50,967 nt of DNA from Geosiphon pyriformis uo1 (Eukaryota > Fungi > Glomeromycota). The stretch lies in the NCBI GenBank assembly GCA_016748015.1, contig JAAOMT010000393.1, forward strand, positions 1-50,967, written 5' to 3'. Under the pieces are notes generated by a model that was given only the letters and a program-made list of their open reading frames with translations, was not told the DNA's origin and made no database searches. A program made the translations under genes and the position numbers. This document shows positions 47,905 through 50,967 of the stretch, in pieces; the first letter of the stretch is position 1, and every line of letters begins with the position of its first letter.

Positions 47905-49371
47905 AAAAATTTGCTAACTATAAACATTTAAGTTTTGTTATTAAAAATTATTAAATAAACAATAAAAGCAAACTTTCTTTTATAAATTTTAGCCAACTTA
48001 AACTGATCTAAAACCAAAAAAAAAGTTTTTTTATTTTTAAGTATTAGTTTACTATTAGCTAATCTATAATTAAAAAAGATATGATTAAGCATATTACAAA
48101 TTAAATAAAAAGCTAAAGATAAATATAACTAATAAAAAATAATACTTTTTATAACAGAGATTATAGTTATAATTTTAACTAAATTTTTTTTAAAGTTAAA
48201 ACAAACAATAACATACTTAATATAAGTATAATTAATTAGATTTTAATCAATTACATAGGTTTTTCTACCAATTAATCCAATAAAATCTCAAAAATTATAA
48301 GCATTTATTTTTACAAAAAGTATATAAAGCAAAATTTTAAACTTATTTTTAAAATTTTATAATTATTTATTAATATTGGTTTTTGTTATATAAACTATAT
48401 TTTTTCCAATAAAAATAGATTATTTAGATATTAACAGATCAGCTTAAATTTGATCATCTAATTTTTACTTTTTGTTACAGTTTTACCAATTGTATCTTAA
48501 TTAACTTAATATTGCCAAAATTAATAAGTGTAATTTACATAGTTTCTACAGATATTTCTACAGATATTTTTTTTATAATAATTGCTTGATTTATTTAATT
48601 GTTTACTAAATATTTAAGATTAGTATTTATTATAATATTATAATTATTTGCTAAATTAGCCATAGTTAATATTGCTTTTTTAGAAGTAAAAAATATTTAA
48701 ATAATTCTATCAAATTTTAAAGAAATAAAAACTCTTCCAAAATTATTTATATCAGAAAACATATTTTAATTATCTTTAATTTATTCTGAACTGACTTTTT
48801 AATGATAGCTAAAAAATTAATATCTAAAACAAATAATTTGCAAACCAAAATATAAACCAAAAGCTTGAGAAAAAAAAAAAGAAAAAAACAGAAACTTATT
48901 CAAAATATTATTTTTAGTATTACTATAAACATTAAAATTAATCTACTCATAAAGTTTTCCAAAAATACATTTAGTAATAATTTTTTTCAGTCTTTTAGAA
49001 ATTATGTCAACATTTTTTTGCTTTGATTTATTATTACTACCAAGTTAAAAGCTGGTTTTTTCAACAAAAAACTTTTTTTTATATCTATGTTCTTTGTATT
49101 AATTGTGTTGTAAACAGTTAAATTACTTATTTTACCAGTTTTTAATGATTTTTAAGAAGCACCAACATTAATTTCAATAGCAAATTATTTAAATCACTTT
49201 TTTTATGCTTTTTTATACTTAAATTTCTGTCAATATTAATAGTTTTATAGCTAAACAAAAAAAGTTTTGAGATATTTAATTAAATAGTGAAAAATAATTA
49301 AAAACAGAAAAAAAATTTTCAAAAATATCATATTTTTTTGGAATTTAGGATATAAGAAAGAAAGAATTTTT
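47905..49371 (-). mobile_element. Relic copy 6, 5' part (5' UTR and most of ORF1)
   Basis: The 5' end 49281-49371 matches the copy 5 5' end (aaatagtgaaa...ttttcaaaaat...ttttttggaa...aagaaagaa). About 48680-48840 matches the LDIN...INGFGG..PSKF region. Confidence 0.7.
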
Positions 49372-49389
49372 AATAAATTAAATTTAATT

Positions 49390-50450
49390 AATTTTTAAAA
49401 ATTTTTAAAAAGTTATATTTTAGCTTAGCATATTTAAAATATTATAATTTTTATAAAAAATCAAATCTAATTTAATACATAATAAATTAATTTTTTTAAA
49501 CATAAAAATAATATAATAAGTTTTTTTTAGTTTTAAAACAAACAATAATATATTTTATTTTGTTATTAATAGCAAATATGTAATTGATAACACAAATTTT
49601 TTCATTAGTTTTTTCTAAAAAATTCTTGAAATTATATGTAATTGTGTTTATAAATAAAATAAATAATACAGTTTTAAATATATTTTTTGTTTTTAAGTAA
49701 TTTAATTTTTAATGGTTTTTATATATTGAATTTTACTACTTAAAATAAATTACTAAATATTAAAAAATTAATTTAATTCAATAAAACTTTACTATAGCTT
49801 ATTGTTATAGTTTAATTAATTATAATTAAATTAATATTATCTTATTAAATTTGATTAAAATTAAAACAATTGATTTTTTAAAAAAATTTTCATAAATTTT
49901 TTCAATAATTATAATTTAATCTAATTGTACTTTTGGTTTCTTTAAATTATTTTATTTATAGTTAACATTATAATCTAAAATAATTTATTTTATAATATAA
50001 ATATAACTTTGAATTTTCAAAAAATAATAATTCTTTTAGATTATTTATATTTGAAAATAATTTTTTGTTTATTTGTAATATTTTTTCTTTTAAAACCAAA
50101 AAATTAATATTTAAAACATAAAATTTTTTGATAATAACTTTTACTTTTTTTTAATAAATCTAACAACCATCTATTTAAATTTAAAACAAACAAAATTACC
50201 CAAAAATAAATTTGTTTTATTATTAAAATTTTTTATTTTTTATTCTGTTTTTTTTAAAATTTTTAATAACAGGACCAGAAATAGCTTTTTTAGCCAACTT
50301 TTTTTTGTCAAATTATTATTAATAATAATTATCAGTTCTTAAACAAAAGAATTTGTATTTTGTGAAATATTAATAAACAAAATAAAAAAATAAAAAACTT
50401 TTTTTTACAAAAATAATTTCTCTTTGAGAAATAAGAGAAAGAAGTTTTTT
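49390..50450 (-). mobile_element. Relic copy 9 (5' UTR and ORF1 up to about the CCHC knuckle)
   Basis: The 5' hairpin aaaaaactt...aagagaaagaagtttttt is at 50392-50450. acaggacca (~50270) and attaatatttaaaaca (~50103) match copy 2, and 49450-49850 is colinear with copy 2 about 16290-16720. Confidence 0.65.
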
Positions 50451-50535
50451 TATGATATTTTTTCTTTGATTTTTTTAAATTTTTTAATTATTTTTAATAA
50501 AACAAATTTAACAAAACAAAAATAATTAATAAACA

Positions 50536-50809
50536 CAGGGAATTGCTAAATCGACCCACTCGCAACACGTGATATTAATATATATAGAATTTTAATATTT
50601 ATTTATTAGTAATTCTAATAAATGTTAGTTTAATTTATATAAAATTGAATATTGATAATATATCTAATTTTTTATTCTGCCTTAAGTAATTTATAGTGTT
50701 TTATAATTAAAAAAACACTTCGTTAATATGTTCCTATATATAGTTGAATACGAAACTATGACGTAAATGATATCACGTGTTGCGGGTGGGTCGATTTAGC
50801 AATTCCCTA
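50536..50809. mobile_element. MITE / non-autonomous DNA transposon, ~274 bp with ~41 bp TIRs
   Basis: agggaattgctaaatcgacccactcgcaacacgtgatatta (50537-50577) matches the reverse complement of 50768-50808 with 2 mismatches. The imperfect flanks are taataaaca and aactaaaca. Confidence 0.88.
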
Positions 50810-50967
50810 AACTAAACATATTTACAATACAATAATTATTAAATAACAATGATATTATATAGGGATACTGGAAAGGTTAAAAACTCTGATTAATTTAGTA
50901 ATAGTGGGTTTGTAACCTAAATAGTAAATTTATACTGATAAATCAATAGTAAATTTATACTCATAAA

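Overview
This is a very AT-rich, CpG-depleted eukaryotic-looking repeat nest with no recognisable host gene. The protein style resembles Glomeromycotina fungi such as Geosiphon, from recall only and not searched. About 80% of the window is one family of degenerate non-LTR (LINE-type) retrotransposons. ORF1 has RRM-like segments, a CCHC knuckle and a coiled-coil-like end. ORF2 has APE endonuclease, RT (FVDD), RNase H and a CCHC finger, and overlaps ORF1 by ATGA. Copies 1, 2, 4, 5 and 8 are near full length, copy 3 is ORF1-only, copy 7 is a 3' fragment, and copies 6 and 9 are heavily decayed relics. All are pseudogenised. Other repeats are an internally deleted LTR element inside copy 3, a dispersed ~950 bp repeat, a ~110 bp tandem array and a CpG-rich MITE. 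Three observations stand out. (i) All eight 3' ends carry a ~117 nt 3' UTR that folds into a multi-hairpin junction with a probable pseudoknot and shows compensatory changes. (ii) An ORF1-only partner element uses the same RNA structure. (iii) ORF1 and ORF2 modules occur in shuffled combinations, and target-site duplications allow the nesting order to be reconstructed. All alignments were done by eye, so boundaries are approximate.
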